DNA of 64,000 bases from an uncultured bacterium (lineage in GTDB: Bacteria; Fidelibacterota; Marinisomatia; Marinisomatales; UBA1611), in contig CBFIBM010000001.1 of the NCBI GenBank assembly GCA_965660855.1, positions 1 to 64,000 of the forward strand, given 5' to 3'. The notes beneath the pieces were generated by a model. It saw nothing but the letters and a program-made list of their open reading frames with translations. It ran no database searches and had not been told where the DNA came from. Positions 39,732-49,823 of this stretch are shown in pieces (position 1 is the stretch's first letter; each line of letters begins with the position of its first letter). Made by a program: the position numbers and the translations under genes.

Positions 39732-40190
39732 ATGATAGATAAAAGAATTTTAATTGAAAAATGCTATGATTTGAGGAAAAAATCTCATTCTGTTGTTTTT
39801 GCTAATGGATGTTTTGATCTATTACATAAAGGGCATATTGACCTGCTTAGTGCAGCCGCAAATTTGGGTGAATATCTTATTGTCGGTCTAAATTCTGATT
39901 CCTCAGTAAGGAGGCTCAAAGGGCCTGATCGACCCATTCAAAAACAAGAAGTTCGAAAGAAAAACTTGCTAAAATTAGAATTTGTAAAAGATGTTTTTAT
40001 TTTCGATGAGGATACGCCTTTAAATCTGATTAATATTTTAAAACCCAAATTTTTAGTTAAAGGTGGAGATTACAAATCAGAAGAAATTGTGGGGTACAAA
40101 GAAGTCAGGAGTTGGGGTGGAGTGGTTAAAACAGTCAAGCTCACACCAGGTTTTAGTACAACAATTTCAATTAATAAAAAAAGACTTTAG
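39732..40190 (+). CDS. RfaE domain II-like (heptose-1-phosphate) adenylyltransferase
   Basis: NGCFDLLHKGH, GLNSDSSV..LKG..RP, KGGDY, GFSTT. Confidence 0.9.
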   Translation: MIDKRILIEKCYDLRKKSHSVVFANGCFDLLHKGHIDLLSAAANLGEYLIVGLNSDSSVRRLKGPDRPIQKQEVRKKNLLKLEFVKDVFIFDEDTPLNLINILKPKFLVKGGDYKSEEIVGYKEVRSWGGVVKTVKLTPGFSTTISINKKRL

Positions 40191-40250
40191 GGGTTGTTGA
40201 ATGTATAATATGAAACTTATATTTCATGGCGGAGTTTCGTTTAAATTCAA

Positions 40251-41873
40251 TTGAATATACTATTTAAAGCCATATTAACTTTTCTGTTATCTTTCAATAT
40301 TTTAATGGGAGATAAGAGCAATGTTATCCCTAAACCAATACCCGTTCCTCAAAATTTATTAGTCGAGAGAAAAGTTGATAATCTAAGTATTGATGAAACT
40401 AGAAATCGTCTCCCTGAAATCCTATCAGATGCTAAATTATTGATGTCAGAAATCATTATCTCGGATTTCAATAAAGATACTTTAGAAGTTGCATTTTTGA
40501 TGAGCCGTGTTTTTGAACTTCTCATGGAAGCTGACCAAATTGGAGAAAAAAACCTAGAGGATAAAGAAGAGTTTGATAGATTTAATGGAACCTTTAAAGA
40601 CTTATATACTCAAAAGTTAACCACAGTCCAAAATCCAAATACACCAGTTATGGCCGAAAAAGTATGGACCGAAGTAACCGAAGCAATTGAAATTGAAATG
40701 GGTGAAACTAGTCTTACAATTATTGATGATAGAGATGGCCACATTCCTCTTGTACGAACAAAACAAGTTGACCAATTTATTAATTATTTTCAAACAAAAG
40801 GTCGAAAGCAGTTTCAAATTTGGTTAGAAAGGCATGAAAAATATAAAGGCTTAATACTTCCAATCCTTGCTGAACATGGTATGCCTGAAGAATTTATTTA
40901 TTTAGCAATGATTGAATCAGGGTTAAACCCAAAGGCATATAGTAAGGCTAATGCTTCAGGGATGTGGCAGTTTATTTTAGCGACTGGTAAGCAATATGGA
41001 CTTTCAAGGGACTGGTATAAAGACGAGAGACGAGATCCTGTTAAAGCAACACATGCAGCGTGTAAATACTTAACGGATTTGAATACTAAATTTGATAATT
41101 GGTATCTAGCATTAGCGGCTTATAATTGTGGTGAAGGTAGAGTGTTAAGAGCTTCTAAGCTTCATCAAACTTATGATTTTTGGCAAATGCATTCACTTCC
41201 AAGAGAGACTAAAAATTATATACCATATTTTTTATCAGCTGCAATAATCGCAAGGACACCAGAAGCGTATGGTTTTAAGATTCCTAAAAATGTAAAGCCA
41301 TTTGAGTATGAAACAATAATTTTAAAGAAAAGTGCAGATATTGCAGTTCTAGCAAGAGTAGCAGGACTTAAGCCCAATGTATTAAGAGAGTATAATCCAG
41401 AATTAAGACAATCTGCTACTCCTTCAGATGGTAATTATTCTTTGAAACTTCCGAAAGGTGTAAAAAATAGGTTTTTAGTTGCTTGGAATGCAATACCAGA
41501 AGAAGAGAGATTCGCGCCTCAATTTGTTGTACATAGGGTTAAGTACGGTGAAAGTTTATGGACCATATCAAAGAAATATAGTGTGTCCATACATGACTTA
41601 GCTTCAGTAAATAAAATAAGAAATAGAAATAAAGTTAAAGTTGGCCAAAAATTAAATGTTCCACTGAAAGGCGGCAGAACATGGGGTAGTAGAGATAATG
41701 GAGGACCTCCTGGACATTCTAAAAGGGTATATAAGGTAAAAAGAGGAGATACACTGGGGCAAATTGCTGAAAATTTCAAAACTCGTGCTAGTAAAATCAG
41801 GCGATGGAACAATATGAAATATGGTTCTCATCTTATCAGACCGGGACAGAAACTTGTTATATGGGTCAAATAG
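40251..41873 (+). CDS. mltD: MltD-like lytic transglycosylase with two LysM domains
   Basis: MIESG, ASGMWQF, LAAYNCG, ETKNY; two C-terminal LysM repeats. Confidence 0.9.
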   Translation: MNILFKAILTFLLSFNILMGDKSNVIPKPIPVPQNLLVERKVDNLSIDETRNRLPEILSDAKLLMSEIIISDFNKDTLEVAFLMSRVFELLMEADQIGEKNLEDKEEFDRFNGTFKDLYTQKLTTVQNPNTPVMAEKVWTEVTEAIEIEMGETSLTIIDDRDGHIPLVRTKQVDQFINYFQTKGRKQFQIWLERHEKYKGLILPILAEHGMPEEFIYLAMIESGLNPKAYSKANASGMWQFILATGKQYGLSRDWYKDERRDPVKATHAACKYLTDLNTKFDNWYLALAAYNCGEGRVLRASKLHQTYDFWQMHSLPRETKNYIPYFLSAAIIARTPEAYGFKIPKNVKPFEYETIILKKSADIAVLARVAGLKPNVLREYNPELRQSATPSDGNYSLKLPKGVKNRFLVAWNAIPEEERFAPQFVVHRVKYGESLWTISKKYSVSIHDLASVNKIRNRNKVKVGQKLNVPLKGGRTWGSRDNGGPPGHSKRVYKVKRGDTLGQIAENFKTRASKIRRWNNMKYGSHLIRPGQKLVIWVK

Positions 41874-41913
41874 ATTCCATAAATTAATACATACCAAATC
41901 AATGTGAGGCAAT

Positions 41914-42201
41914 ATGATAAAACAAGAAATAGTAGATATAGTCTCTGAAGCAACTGGTTTGACAAAAGTTGAAACAGAGATAGTGATAAATGGTGTAATG
42001 GGAACTATAATTGAATCATTGGCTAATAATGAGCGTGTTGAATTAAGAGGTTTTGGAACATTTGGTATAAAACATAGAATGCCCAAAAAAGCTAGAAATC
42101 CCGGTACTGGCGAACCAATATATTTACCAGAAAGGTTTGTTCCAACCTTTAAACCAAGTAAATTAATGCGAAATAAAGTAAATGATTTAATCAATAAATA
42201 A
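41914..42201 (+). CDS. HU/IHF family DNA-binding protein
   Basis: VELRGFGTF, ARNPGTGE, PTFKPS. Confidence 0.95.
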   Translation: MIKQEIVDIVSEATGLTKVETEIVINGVMGTIIESLANNERVELRGFGTFGIKHRMPKKARNPGTGEPIYLPERFVPTFKPSKLMRNKVNDLINK

Positions 42202-42212
42202 ATGGAAACTAA

Positions 42213-42308
42213 ATGCCAAGTGGTAAAAAAAGAAAAAAGAAAAAGATGAATACTCATAAACGTAAAAAACGTTTGAGAGCTAATCGTCACAAGAAAAAAG
42301 ATAATTAA
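42213..42308 (+). CDS. 31-aa basic peptide, bS22/mS38 (AURKAIP1/COX24 domain)-like small ribosomal protein
   Basis: Not in the ORF track; translates to MPSGKKRKKKKMNTHKRKKRLRANRHKKKDN. Confidence 0.85.
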   Translation: MPSGKKRKKKKMNTHKRKKRLRANRHKKKDN

Positions 42309-42350
42309 TAGATAGAGTTTTGGATTAAAATTCAGAGCTCTATTTATTTT
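42307..42350 (+). terminator. Hairpin/terminator after the HU-bS22 unit
   Basis: AATAGATAGAGTTTTGGA-TTAAAA-TTCAGAGCTCTATTTATT inverted repeat with G-U pairs, ending in T-rich sequence. Confidence 0.65.
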
Positions 42351-42372
42351 ATCACAGTCGAACGCTAGTAAA

Positions 42373-43587
42373 ATGCAAGAAAAAACCTCTTTCTTGACGG
42401 TATCAAGCCTTAATTCTAAAATTAAAAATGTTTTAGAGGGTGATTTTCAAAACATCATGGTTAGAGGTGAAATCTCAAATTTCCATCTTCACCCATCATC
42501 TGGGCATATGTATTTCACACTAAAAGATGTTAAAAGTGAAATTAAATGTGTAATGTTTAAAGGAAATAATCTCAATTTAAAATTTAAACCAGGTAATGGA
42601 ATGAAAGTCCATTTAAGTGGCTCACTAACCATTTATGAACAAAGAGGTCAGATCCAACTGAGAATCATAGACATGAGCCCTGAGGGTGATGGAGATTTAT
42701 TTCTAGCATACGAATTATTGAAAAAAAATCTTTATAAGGAAGGTCTATTTGAGGTTAGTAATAAAAAGATCATTCCAAAATATCCCAGAATCATAGGTAT
42801 TGTAACATCAATTACAAGCGCAGCATTTCAAGATATTCTTAGTATTATTGAGCGCAGAGCACCTCACTTGGAGATTATTGTAAGATCTGTAATTGTACAA
42901 GGAGAATCTGGTTCGAAAAATATTATTTCAGGAATTAAAGATTTTAATAAATATGGCATTGTTGATACTATTATTCTTGCCAGAGGTGGTGGATCTTTAG
43001 AAGATTTATGGTGTTTTAATGAGGAGAGTGTAGCAAGAGCTATTTATAAATCTAAAATTCCTATAATTTCTGGTATAGGGCATGAGACTGACTTTACTAT
43101 TGCCGACTTTGTATCAGATTTAAGAGCACCAACTCCTTCTGCAGCTGCAGAATTAGTTTCTCCTGATAAAGAAAGTATTCTTACTTTATTTCACCAAATA
43201 AAACATCAATTAAAATCTTCTGCATTAAAAAAAATAGAAGGATATTTAATTAGATTAGATTACATAGAAAATAGGGCAAATCTCCAGCAACCCGGTAAGA
43301 AAATTAAGATTCAACTTGATAAAATTACAGAAATTCAAAAAAATTTGATAATGTTCACCAAAAATAAAATAATAAAAAAGAAACAAGAAATTTCATCCAT
43401 AACTCGACAATTATTAAATTTAAGCCCTGAAAATGTTTTAAAACGTGGTTATTCAATTGTCTTTAAAGAAGATGGGAAAACTATTCTGAGTAACTCAGAA
43501 GATGTTGCTTTAAATGAAACATTCAAAGTTAAAATGGCAAAGGGATTAATAATTGCAAAAAAATCTGGTGAACATAAAAATAAATAA
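42373..43587 (+). CDS. xseA: Exodeoxyribonuclease VII large subunit
   Basis: SGHMYFTLKD, ARGGGSLEDLW.FN, GIGHETD, RAPTPSAAAE. Confidence 0.97.
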   Translation: MQEKTSFLTVSSLNSKIKNVLEGDFQNIMVRGEISNFHLHPSSGHMYFTLKDVKSEIKCVMFKGNNLNLKFKPGNGMKVHLSGSLTIYEQRGQIQLRIIDMSPEGDGDLFLAYELLKKNLYKEGLFEVSNKKIIPKYPRIIGIVTSITSAAFQDILSIIERRAPHLEIIVRSVIVQGESGSKNIISGIKDFNKYGIVDTIILARGGGSLEDLWCFNEESVARAIYKSKIPIISGIGHETDFTIADFVSDLRAPTPSAAAELVSPDKESILTLFHQIKHQLKSSALKKIEGYLIRLDYIENRANLQQPGKKIKIQLDKITEIQKNLIMFTKNKIIKKKQEISSITRQLLNLSPENVLKRGYSIVFKEDGKTILSNSEDVALNETFKVKMAKGLIIAKKSGEHKNK

Positions 43588-43592
43588 ATATC

Positions 43593-43817
43593 ATGAAAAA
43601 CAAAAAGAGCTCAATAGAAAAAACAATATTAAACCTTGAAAAAATAGTTGCTAAAATGGAAATGGGTGAAGGTAGCCTTGAGGATAATATTAAATGGTTT
43701 GATGAAGGGATTAAATTGATCAATGATTGCCGAGATGAATTAGAAAGCTCTGAAAAACGAGTAAAAGAGTTAATCAAGAATAGTGAAGGCTCTTTTGAAT
43801 TAAAAAATATTGAATGA
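43593..43817 (+). CDS. xseB: Exodeoxyribonuclease VII small subunit
   Basis: LEKIV..ME.G..SLE....FDEG..L...C; follows xseA. Confidence 0.92.
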   Translation: MKNKKSSIEKTILNLEKIVAKMEMGEGSLEDNIKWFDEGIKLINDCRDELESSEKRVKELIKNSEGSFELKNIE

Positions 43818-44695
43818 AAAATATCTCCACATTTGGTATCTGGGGAAATACTGATAAAAAATCATTTTGGAGAGTTTTTCCTGATATTTTGATATGGTCA
43901 AGAACTAAAAACCTTACCCCCTTAGTAACAAAGCGAATTTTTAAACATCCAAATTTTAATAATAAAAACTTAGATGTAATAAATAGTGTTGATGAGATTA
44001 ATGATCTGGACTTTATTTTAGTGCTTGGTGGGGATGGTACTTTTCTTTCGCTTGCTAGGAATATGAAAAATTGTAAAACGCCCATATTAGGTGTCCATTT
44101 AGGAGATTTAGGTTTTTTAGCTAAAGTTACATTAAGTGATCTTTTTCATCGATTGGATCAAGTAGCAAAAGGAGATTTCATTTTAGAAGATCGTATCTTA
44201 ATACAGTCTATTTTAGAAAAAACAGATATTGATTTAAAGTATTATGCACTAAATGATTTTGTTTTAAGTAATGCAGAATTTCATAGAATGCTTAATACTA
44301 CCGTCATGGTGGATAACCATTTAGTTGGTAATTATAAAGCTGATGGTGTTATTGTTTCAACTCCTACAGGATCAACTGCATATTCATTATCTGCAGGAGG
44401 TCCAATAGTAACACCAGAGGTTGATTCAATAATTATTACTCCAACTGCAGCACACTCTTTAACCTCAAGGCCATTAGTGATTCCCTCAAATGCTAAAATA
44501 ACAATAAAGTTTACCAATAATACTGACCCTGTGTTATTTACTGCAGATGGACAAATTCATGAAACACTAAATCCTGAAAATATTGTTCGAATTACTAAAG
44601 CTGATTTTAAAGTACATTTAATCAGTTTTATTGATAATGATTATTTTCAAAATTTAAGAAAAAAGATGGGATGGGGTAAACGAGGTGAAAATTAA
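43814..44695 (+). CDS. nadK: NAD kinase
   Basis: LGGDGT, LND, DGVIVSTPTGSTAYSLSAGGP. Confidence 0.96.
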   Translation: MKNISTFGIWGNTDKKSFWRVFPDILIWSRTKNLTPLVTKRIFKHPNFNNKNLDVINSVDEINDLDFILVLGGDGTFLSLARNMKNCKTPILGVHLGDLGFLAKVTLSDLFHRLDQVAKGDFILEDRILIQSILEKTDIDLKYYALNDFVLSNAEFHRMLNTTVMVDNHLVGNYKADGVIVSTPTGSTAYSLSAGGPIVTPEVDSIIITPTAAHSLTSRPLVIPSNAKITIKFTNNTDPVLFTADGQIHETLNPENIVRITKADFKVHLISFIDNDYFQNLRKKMGWGKRGEN

Positions 44696-44697
44696 AA

Positions 44698-45462
44698 TTA
44701 TTTAAATTCTTTCCATCCATCGAATTTCATATGTATTTGAGAATTAAATTTAGGTTTTTTAATATACTCGTTGTCTCCTTTTTTGCCGGATAAATGTATA
44801 CATTTCCAATTATCTCGAATTACTAAAGTTGATGTTGGAATTATCCTTAAAGTTAGGCCTATCCTCCAGTCACTTGAATAATTAGGATTAGATCCATGTA
44901 TTATATTTGGATTATGAACAGATATATCTCCAGGATTTAAGTTTATGTTTTTTGCATTTCTTGTATTTATGTCTTTCTTATCAATTCCTAAGTCTAAAAC
45001 ATATTTTTCTGGATTTAGTTTCATCATTTTTGATGGGTGAAGAATTTTTTTTTTCTGGGAGCCAGGTATTACTTTCATGCATCCATTATTTTTGTTTGAG
45101 TACGTTCCTGCAACCCATAATGATATTACTTTCATAGGATCTAATGGCCAATATGATCCATCTTGATGCCATCCTACAGGTCGGCCATTGTATGGTTTTT
45201 TTGCGATGTAGTGTGCTCCAAACAGGGCAAAATCTGGTCCCAGATAATGTTTTGAAATTTCAGTTATGCAATCTTGGTTGAGAATATGATGTATGAAAGG
45301 ATCTCCAACAAGCATATCATGATGAAATGCTTCTGGTCTAGTTTGAGGGTAAAGGTTGGATAAGAATTTCACGTGATTTTGCATTTCTTCAGTAATCTTA
45401 TCTGATAATGCATTATGGTAAATAGTATACCCTAGTCTTTCAAAATTTTTGTCGTGGTTCAT
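44698..45462 (-). CDS. PhyH-family Fe(II)/2-oxoglutarate dioxygenase
   Basis: WHQD, NGCMKVIPGS, IHGS..N...R. Confidence 0.88.
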   Translation of the reverse strand: MNHDKNFERLGYTIYHNALSDKITEEMQNHVKFLSNLYPQTRPEAFHHDMLVGDPFIHHILNQDCITEISKHYLGPDFALFGAHYIAKKPYNGRPVGWHQDGSYWPLDPMKVISLWVAGTYSNKNNGCMKVIPGSQKKKILHPSKMMKLNPEKYVLDLGIDKKDINTRNAKNINLNPGDISVHNPNIIHGSNPNYSSDWRIGLTLRIIPTSTLVIRDNWKCIHLSGKKGDNEYIKKPKFNSQIHMKFDGWKEFK

Positions 45463-45465
45463 TTT

Positions 45466-45867
45466 TTATTTATACAGTTCTATATGTCGCCTCATTAAAC
45501 AATCATCCATAATAATCATAATATTTTTATCATTTGCTAGATTAAAAGCCTCGATGGAGTGCACTCCATCTTGCATCCAAATAGCTGCGACATTAATCGA
45601 AATTGCTTCTTCCACAACAGGATAAACAAAATTTGAATTTCTAAATATATTTACTATATCAATCTTTTGTTTTATTTGAGTCAAGTTCTTGTAGCATTTT
45701 TTACCATCTATAGAACTATGGTTGGGGTTAACAGGTATAATATTGTAACCATTCACTTGCATGTACGATGATACATAGTTTGAAGCTCTCTCTTTTTTTG
45801 GGCTAAATCCAACAACTGCAATTGTTTTAAGAGAAAATATTTTTTTATAAATTTCTATATTACTCAT
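45466..45867 (-). CDS. CoA-binding protein (YccU-like); start placed at ATG 45867
   Basis: IAVVG.S....RAS, IIPVNP, DIVNIFR, IWMQ.G. Confidence 0.88.
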   Translation of the reverse strand: MSNIEIYKKIFSLKTIAVVGFSPKKERASNYVSSYMQVNGYNIIPVNPNHSSIDGKKCYKNLTQIKQKIDIVNIFRNSNFVYPVVEEAISINVAAIWMQDGVHSIEAFNLANDKNIMIIMDDCLMRRHIELYK

Positions 45868-46765
45868 CCTTGAATAAATTGTATAAAACATAGCTAGCAA
45901 TCTTAGGGTTTTCATTTAATCTTCTAAGGGAATAATCATACCAGTCAGGTCCGAAGGGAACATAGATCCGAACTTTAAATCCATTCTCTTTTAATTTTTC
46001 AAGCATTCCACCCATAGGTACACCATAAAGGCACTGGAATTCAAACAACTCTTTAGATATATTATCATTCTTTATCCATTCTAATAGTTCCTTTATAAGT
46101 TGTTTATCATGAGTGGCATATGCACAAAAAACATTGTTCCTTGCCATTTTTTTTGCTGAAAGAATGAAATTTTTTACTATGTCTTCCTTATTTTTGAAAG
46201 CAATAGTGTCTTTTTCATCATAAATACCTTTGCATAATCTGATATTACTTTCAGGGTATTTATATAATTCATCAAGGTCTGATTGAGTTCGAAATAAATA
46301 AGCCTGTATAACGATACCAATATTTGAATTTTTTGATTTGAAAAATTTATAGATGCTAATTGTATCATCGGTATTTTCTGAGCTTTCCATATCCAATCTT
46401 AAAAAATTATTAGTTTTATCAGCCTTTTCTGTAAGTATTTTTATATTTTTCATTACTTCCGCCTTTGATATATCAAGACCTAAATGTGTTGGTTTAACTG
46501 ATATAGTGCAGTCAAGGTTGTGATCAAAAATCTTATCATAAAGTAGACAATAATCATTGGTTATTTTCCTAGCTTCAGATTTTGTTTTGATATGTTCACC
46601 TAGAATATCAACTGTAGCTAAAAAACCTTTTTTATTTAAGGTTTTAACCTTTTGGATTACTTCTTCAATCGTTTCACCTGCTACATATGGGCTGGCAAAA
46701 GGTTTAGCAAACCACTTTGGTAAAAGAGGAAGTGTTTTAGTTATTAAAAAGTTGAAAATTATCAT
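45860..46765 (-). CDS. Monofunctional proline dehydrogenase (start placed at ATG 46765)
   Basis: YVAGE, DILGE, SVKPT.LG, LDME, QAYL.RT, RLCKG.Y, ATHD, YVPFG..W..Y..RRL.ENP. Confidence 0.92.
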   Translation of the reverse strand: MIIFNFLITKTLPLLPKWFAKPFASPYVAGETIEEVIQKVKTLNKKGFLATVDILGEHIKTKSEARKITNDYCLLYDKIFDHNLDCTISVKPTHLGLDISKAEVMKNIKILTEKADKTNNFLRLDMESSENTDDTISIYKFFKSKNSNIGIVIQAYLFRTQSDLDELYKYPESNIRLCKGIYDEKDTIAFKNKEDIVKNFILSAKKMARNNVFCAYATHDKQLIKELLEWIKNDNISKELFEFQCLYGVPMGGMLEKLKENGFKVRIYVPFGPDWYDYSLRRLNENPKIASYVLYNLFKDE

Positions 46766-46843
46766 ATTACCAATATTAATTAAACACTGTGGTAGAACCA
46801 ATTAGTTTCATTTCAAAATTAATTTTATTTCTTTAAGTTTAAT

Positions 46844-46873
46844 TTGACTCTCCAAAACTTAGGTGAGTAACTT
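46844..46873 (+). promoter_or_regulatory. Possible sigma70 promoter of the nuo-nqr cluster
   Basis: TTGACT-N18-TAACTT about 30 nt upstream of nuoA; weak evidence in AT-rich DNA. Confidence 0.35.
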
Positions 46874-46905
46874 CATAACTTACTATTAAGGATTTCGTTA
46901 AGAAT

Positions 46906-47322
46906 ATGTATAGAGATTTTGGAACTATTTTATTTGCCACATTGCTAGGAATTATTCTAGTTGCTGCTCCACTAATAATACAATGGCTTATATCACCCTC
47001 AAACAAGACTAGAGAGAAATTAGAAACCTATGAATGTGGGGAAGAAGTGGAAGGCTCTGCATGGCTTCAATTTAATATACGATTTTATGTGATAGCTCTA
47101 ATATTTCTAATTTTTGATGTTGAAGTAGTCTTTTTATTTCCATGGGCTGTAGTTTTTAAGGAAATGGGTTTATTGGCACTAGTTGAAATGGGCATTTTCC
47201 TCGCAATTCTATGTATAGGTCTTGCTTACGTGTGGGTTAAGTCTGATCTTGACTGGGTAAAAAGAAGAGTTCGTTACGGTACCGGAAGATATAAAAATAT
47301 TGCTATAAAAATGGAGAAGTGA
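46906..47322 (+). CDS. nuoA: Complex I subunit A
   Basis: [25 protein letters not shown]. Confidence 0.96.
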   Translation: MYRDFGTILFATLLGIILVAAPLIIQWLISPSNKTREKLETYECGEEVEGSAWLQFNIRFYVIALIFLIFDVEVVFLFPWAVVFKEMGLLALVEMGIFLAILCIGLAYVWVKSDLDWVKRRVRYGTGRYKNIAIKMEK

Positions 47323-47323
47323 A

Positions 47324-47815
47324 TTGGGATTATTAGAAAATAAATTTAATGATAACATCATCGTTGAGAAGCTTGATAAACTCTTAAGTTGGAGTAGATC
47401 AACGTCTCCTTGGTTTTTTCAATTTGGTACAGCTTGTTGTGCTATTGAGATGATGGCTGCTGCTGCAAGTCGCCATGATTTAATGAGGATTGGTATGATT
47501 CCAAGATCATCTCCTAGGCAAGCAGATGTTATGATAGTTGCTGGAACAGTAACTATGAAAATGGCTTTGAGAGTAAAGAAGCTTTACGAGCAAATGGCAG
47601 ACCCTAAATACGTTGTTGCAATGGGATCATGCGCCACAAGCGGAGGTCCATATTGGCAGCATGGATATCATGTTCTTAAAGGTGTTGATATTGTTATACC
47701 TGTTGATGTTTATGTACCTGGTTGTCCACCAAGACCTGAGGCCTTAATTGAAGGTCTATTGAAATTACAAGAGCAAATCCTTGAAGAAAGACCACTTACA
47801 AGAAAAATGGCATGA
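47324..47815 (+). CDS. nuoB: Complex I subunit B
   Basis: [30 protein letters not shown] start. Confidence 0.96.
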   Translation: MGLLENKFNDNIIVEKLDKLLSWSRSTSPWFFQFGTACCAIEMMAAAASRHDLMRIGMIPRSSPRQADVMIVAGTVTMKMALRVKKLYEQMADPKYVVAMGSCATSGGPYWQHGYHVLKGVDIVIPVDVYVPGCPPRPEALIEGLLKLQEQILEERPLTRKMA

Positions 47816-48711
47816 GTCCTGATACTGAAAAAATAATAATTGAGCTAGTCTTAAAAGCCCTTAATGGGGATATGGATAGCATTAACAACCTTGATGATCG
47901 CGTTCTGCGTTCTAAAGCAAAAGCTGCACTTTTCAAGGCTAAAAAAGATCCTGATGCCTACAGAGAAAAATATTCAAAGGGCAGTATTCAGAATGATAAT
48001 GAAAACAATCTCAAAAATGATCCAATAACAAACTATGTACTCAAGGGTCTCGATGGAGACATGGATCAAATAAATGCTATAGAAGACCGTGTTTTGAGAG
48101 GGAAGGTTAAAGCTGCACTTGTTAAAGCTAAAAAAGATCCAAAAAGTTTCAAAATGCAGTTAGGCTTGAAAGAAGTAAAGAAGCAAACAATTGAATTAGA
48201 TGAAGAAAAGGTCGATATTGAGGAATCTACAAATCAAAAAATTAAAAAATTAGCGCTAGAGAAATTTCCTCAATCAATTTTGAATGATGATGTTGAAAAA
48301 TTTCTGTTAGTTGATCCAAAAAGTTGGTCAAGCTTGTCCGCTTATTTGAAAACAGAAGAAAGTCTATTTTTTGATTCTCTTCAATGCCAAACTGGGTTTG
48401 ACCTTGGTGAAGGCTTATTGGAAGCAAGGTACAATTTGCATTCAATGAAACATGATCATTACACAGAAATTAGAATTCAAGTAACAAAAGATAATCCTAG
48501 AATACCTTCTGTTGAGGAAGTATGGAGGATTGCAGATTGGTTTGAAAGAGAGACATATGACATGTTAGGAATTCATTTTGATGGGCATAGAGATATGCGG
48601 CGGATTTTATTACCAGATGATTGGGAAGGTTGGCCACTAAGGAAGGACTATGAGGTTCAAGAAACATACCATGGTATTGTTATACCAAAGATGAAGGAAG
48701 GATGGGAGTAA
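47812..48711 (+). CDS. nuoC: Complex I subunit C with long repeat-containing N-terminal extension
   Basis: [18 protein letters not shown]...RILLP.DW.G.PLRKDY. Confidence 0.93.
   Translation: MSPDTEKIIIELVLKALNGDMDSINNLDDRVLRSKAKAALFKAKKDPDAYREKYSKGSIQNDNENNLKNDPITNYVLKGLDGDMDQINAIEDRVLRGKVKAALVKAKKDPKSFKMQLGLKEVKKQTIELDEEKVDIEESTNQKIKKLALEKFPQSILNDDVEKFLLVDPKSWSSLSAYLKTEESLFFDSLQCQTGFDLGEGLLEARYNLHSMKHDHYTEIRIQVTKDNPRIPSVEEVWRIADWFERETYDMLGIHFDGHRDMRRILLPDDWEGWPLRKDYEVQETYHGIVIPKMKEGWE
47848..48141 (+). repeat. Two copies of a 35-codon repeat in the nuoC 5' region (47848-47952 and 48037-48141)
   Basis: [35 protein letters not shown] vs [35 protein letters not shown], 26/35 identical. Confidence 0.95.
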
Positions 48712-49823
48712 TTAGAGGCGAAGAAATGGTCCTGAACATTGGGCCCCAGCACCCTGCAACGCATGGTGTTTTAAGATTGCAGGTAAAAACTGATGGAGAA
48801 ATTGTCTCAGAAATTAAACCGTATATTGGTTATTTGCATCGTTGTTTTGAAAAACATTGTGAAAATGTAACTTACGAACAAGTATTGCCATTCACAGATA
48901 GGTGTGACTATTTGGCATCTATGACAATGAATTTCGGTTATGTAGTTGCAATGGAAGAGCTAATGGAAATTAGAGTAAATGACCGCGTCCAGCATATTAG
49001 GGTTGTAATGGCTGAGTTGCAACGCATTGCTAGTCATCTACTCGGGCTTGGAGCATTTGGTTTAGATATTGGTGCATTTACACCTTTTCTTCATATGCTT
49101 AGAGATAGAGAAAGAATCCTTGATTTATTTGAAATGACATGTGGAGCAAGGTTATTATATAATTATATGTGGATTGGTGGTTTGAGCCATGATTTACCTG
49201 TAGGTTTTGTTGAATCAACCTATAAATTTTTAGATTATTTTGAGCCAAAGATTGATGAATTTGTAAATCTATTAGTCCATAACAAGATTTTTGTTGAAAG
49301 AACTGCAGATATTGGAGTTATGCCGCAAGAAGTAGCTATAAGCTATGGTGTTACTGGACCTAACCTTCGCGCATCCGGTCTGAATTGGGATTTGAGAAAG
49401 AATGATCCATATTCAATTTACAATAAATTTGATTTTAATATACCTGTAGGACAAGGTGGAAAAGGAACTGTTGGAGATTGTTGGGATCGATTTTATGTGC
49501 GAGTTCTTGAAATGAAAGAAAGTATAAAAATTGTCCGTCAAGCATTAGCTAGTATGCCAAAAGATGGAGATGTCCACCAATCGCTTCCAAAAAAGATTAA
49601 GCCTCCAATTGGGTCCATTTATAGAAGAACTGAATCACCTCGTGGAGACTTGGGATATTACATTGAAAGCGATGGCTCGAACGTACCATATCGACTAAAA
49701 ATGCGTTCCCCCGCCTTTACTGCTCTCTCTGTAATAGATGAAATTGCAGCGGGTTGGTTATTATCCGATGTTTTAGCTATTTTAGGAAGTTTAGATATTG
49801 TATTAGGTGAGATTGATAGATGA
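48702..49823 (+). CDS. nuoD: Complex I subunit D
   Basis: GPQHPATHGVLRL, GYLHR, DRCDY, ESPRG, SLDIVLGEIDR. Confidence 0.96.
   Translation: MGVIRGEEMVLNIGPQHPATHGVLRLQVKTDGEIVSEIKPYIGYLHRCFEKHCENVTYEQVLPFTDRCDYLASMTMNFGYVVAMEELMEIRVNDRVQHIRVVMAELQRIASHLLGLGAFGLDIGAFTPFLHMLRDRERILDLFEMTCGARLLYNYMWIGGLSHDLPVGFVESTYKFLDYFEPKIDEFVNLLVHNKIFVERTADIGVMPQEVAISYGVTGPNLRASGLNWDLRKNDPYSIYNKFDFNIPVGQGGKGTVGDCWDRFYVRVLEMKESIKIVRQALASMPKDGDVHQSLPKKIKPPIGSIYRRTESPRGDLGYYIESDGSNVPYRLKMRSPAFTALSVIDEIAAGWLLSDVLAILGSLDIVLGEIDR

Noticed and set aside
41652..42290. 212-aa minus-strand ORF
   Set aside because: Antisense to mltD, HU and the bS22-like gene, all better supported.
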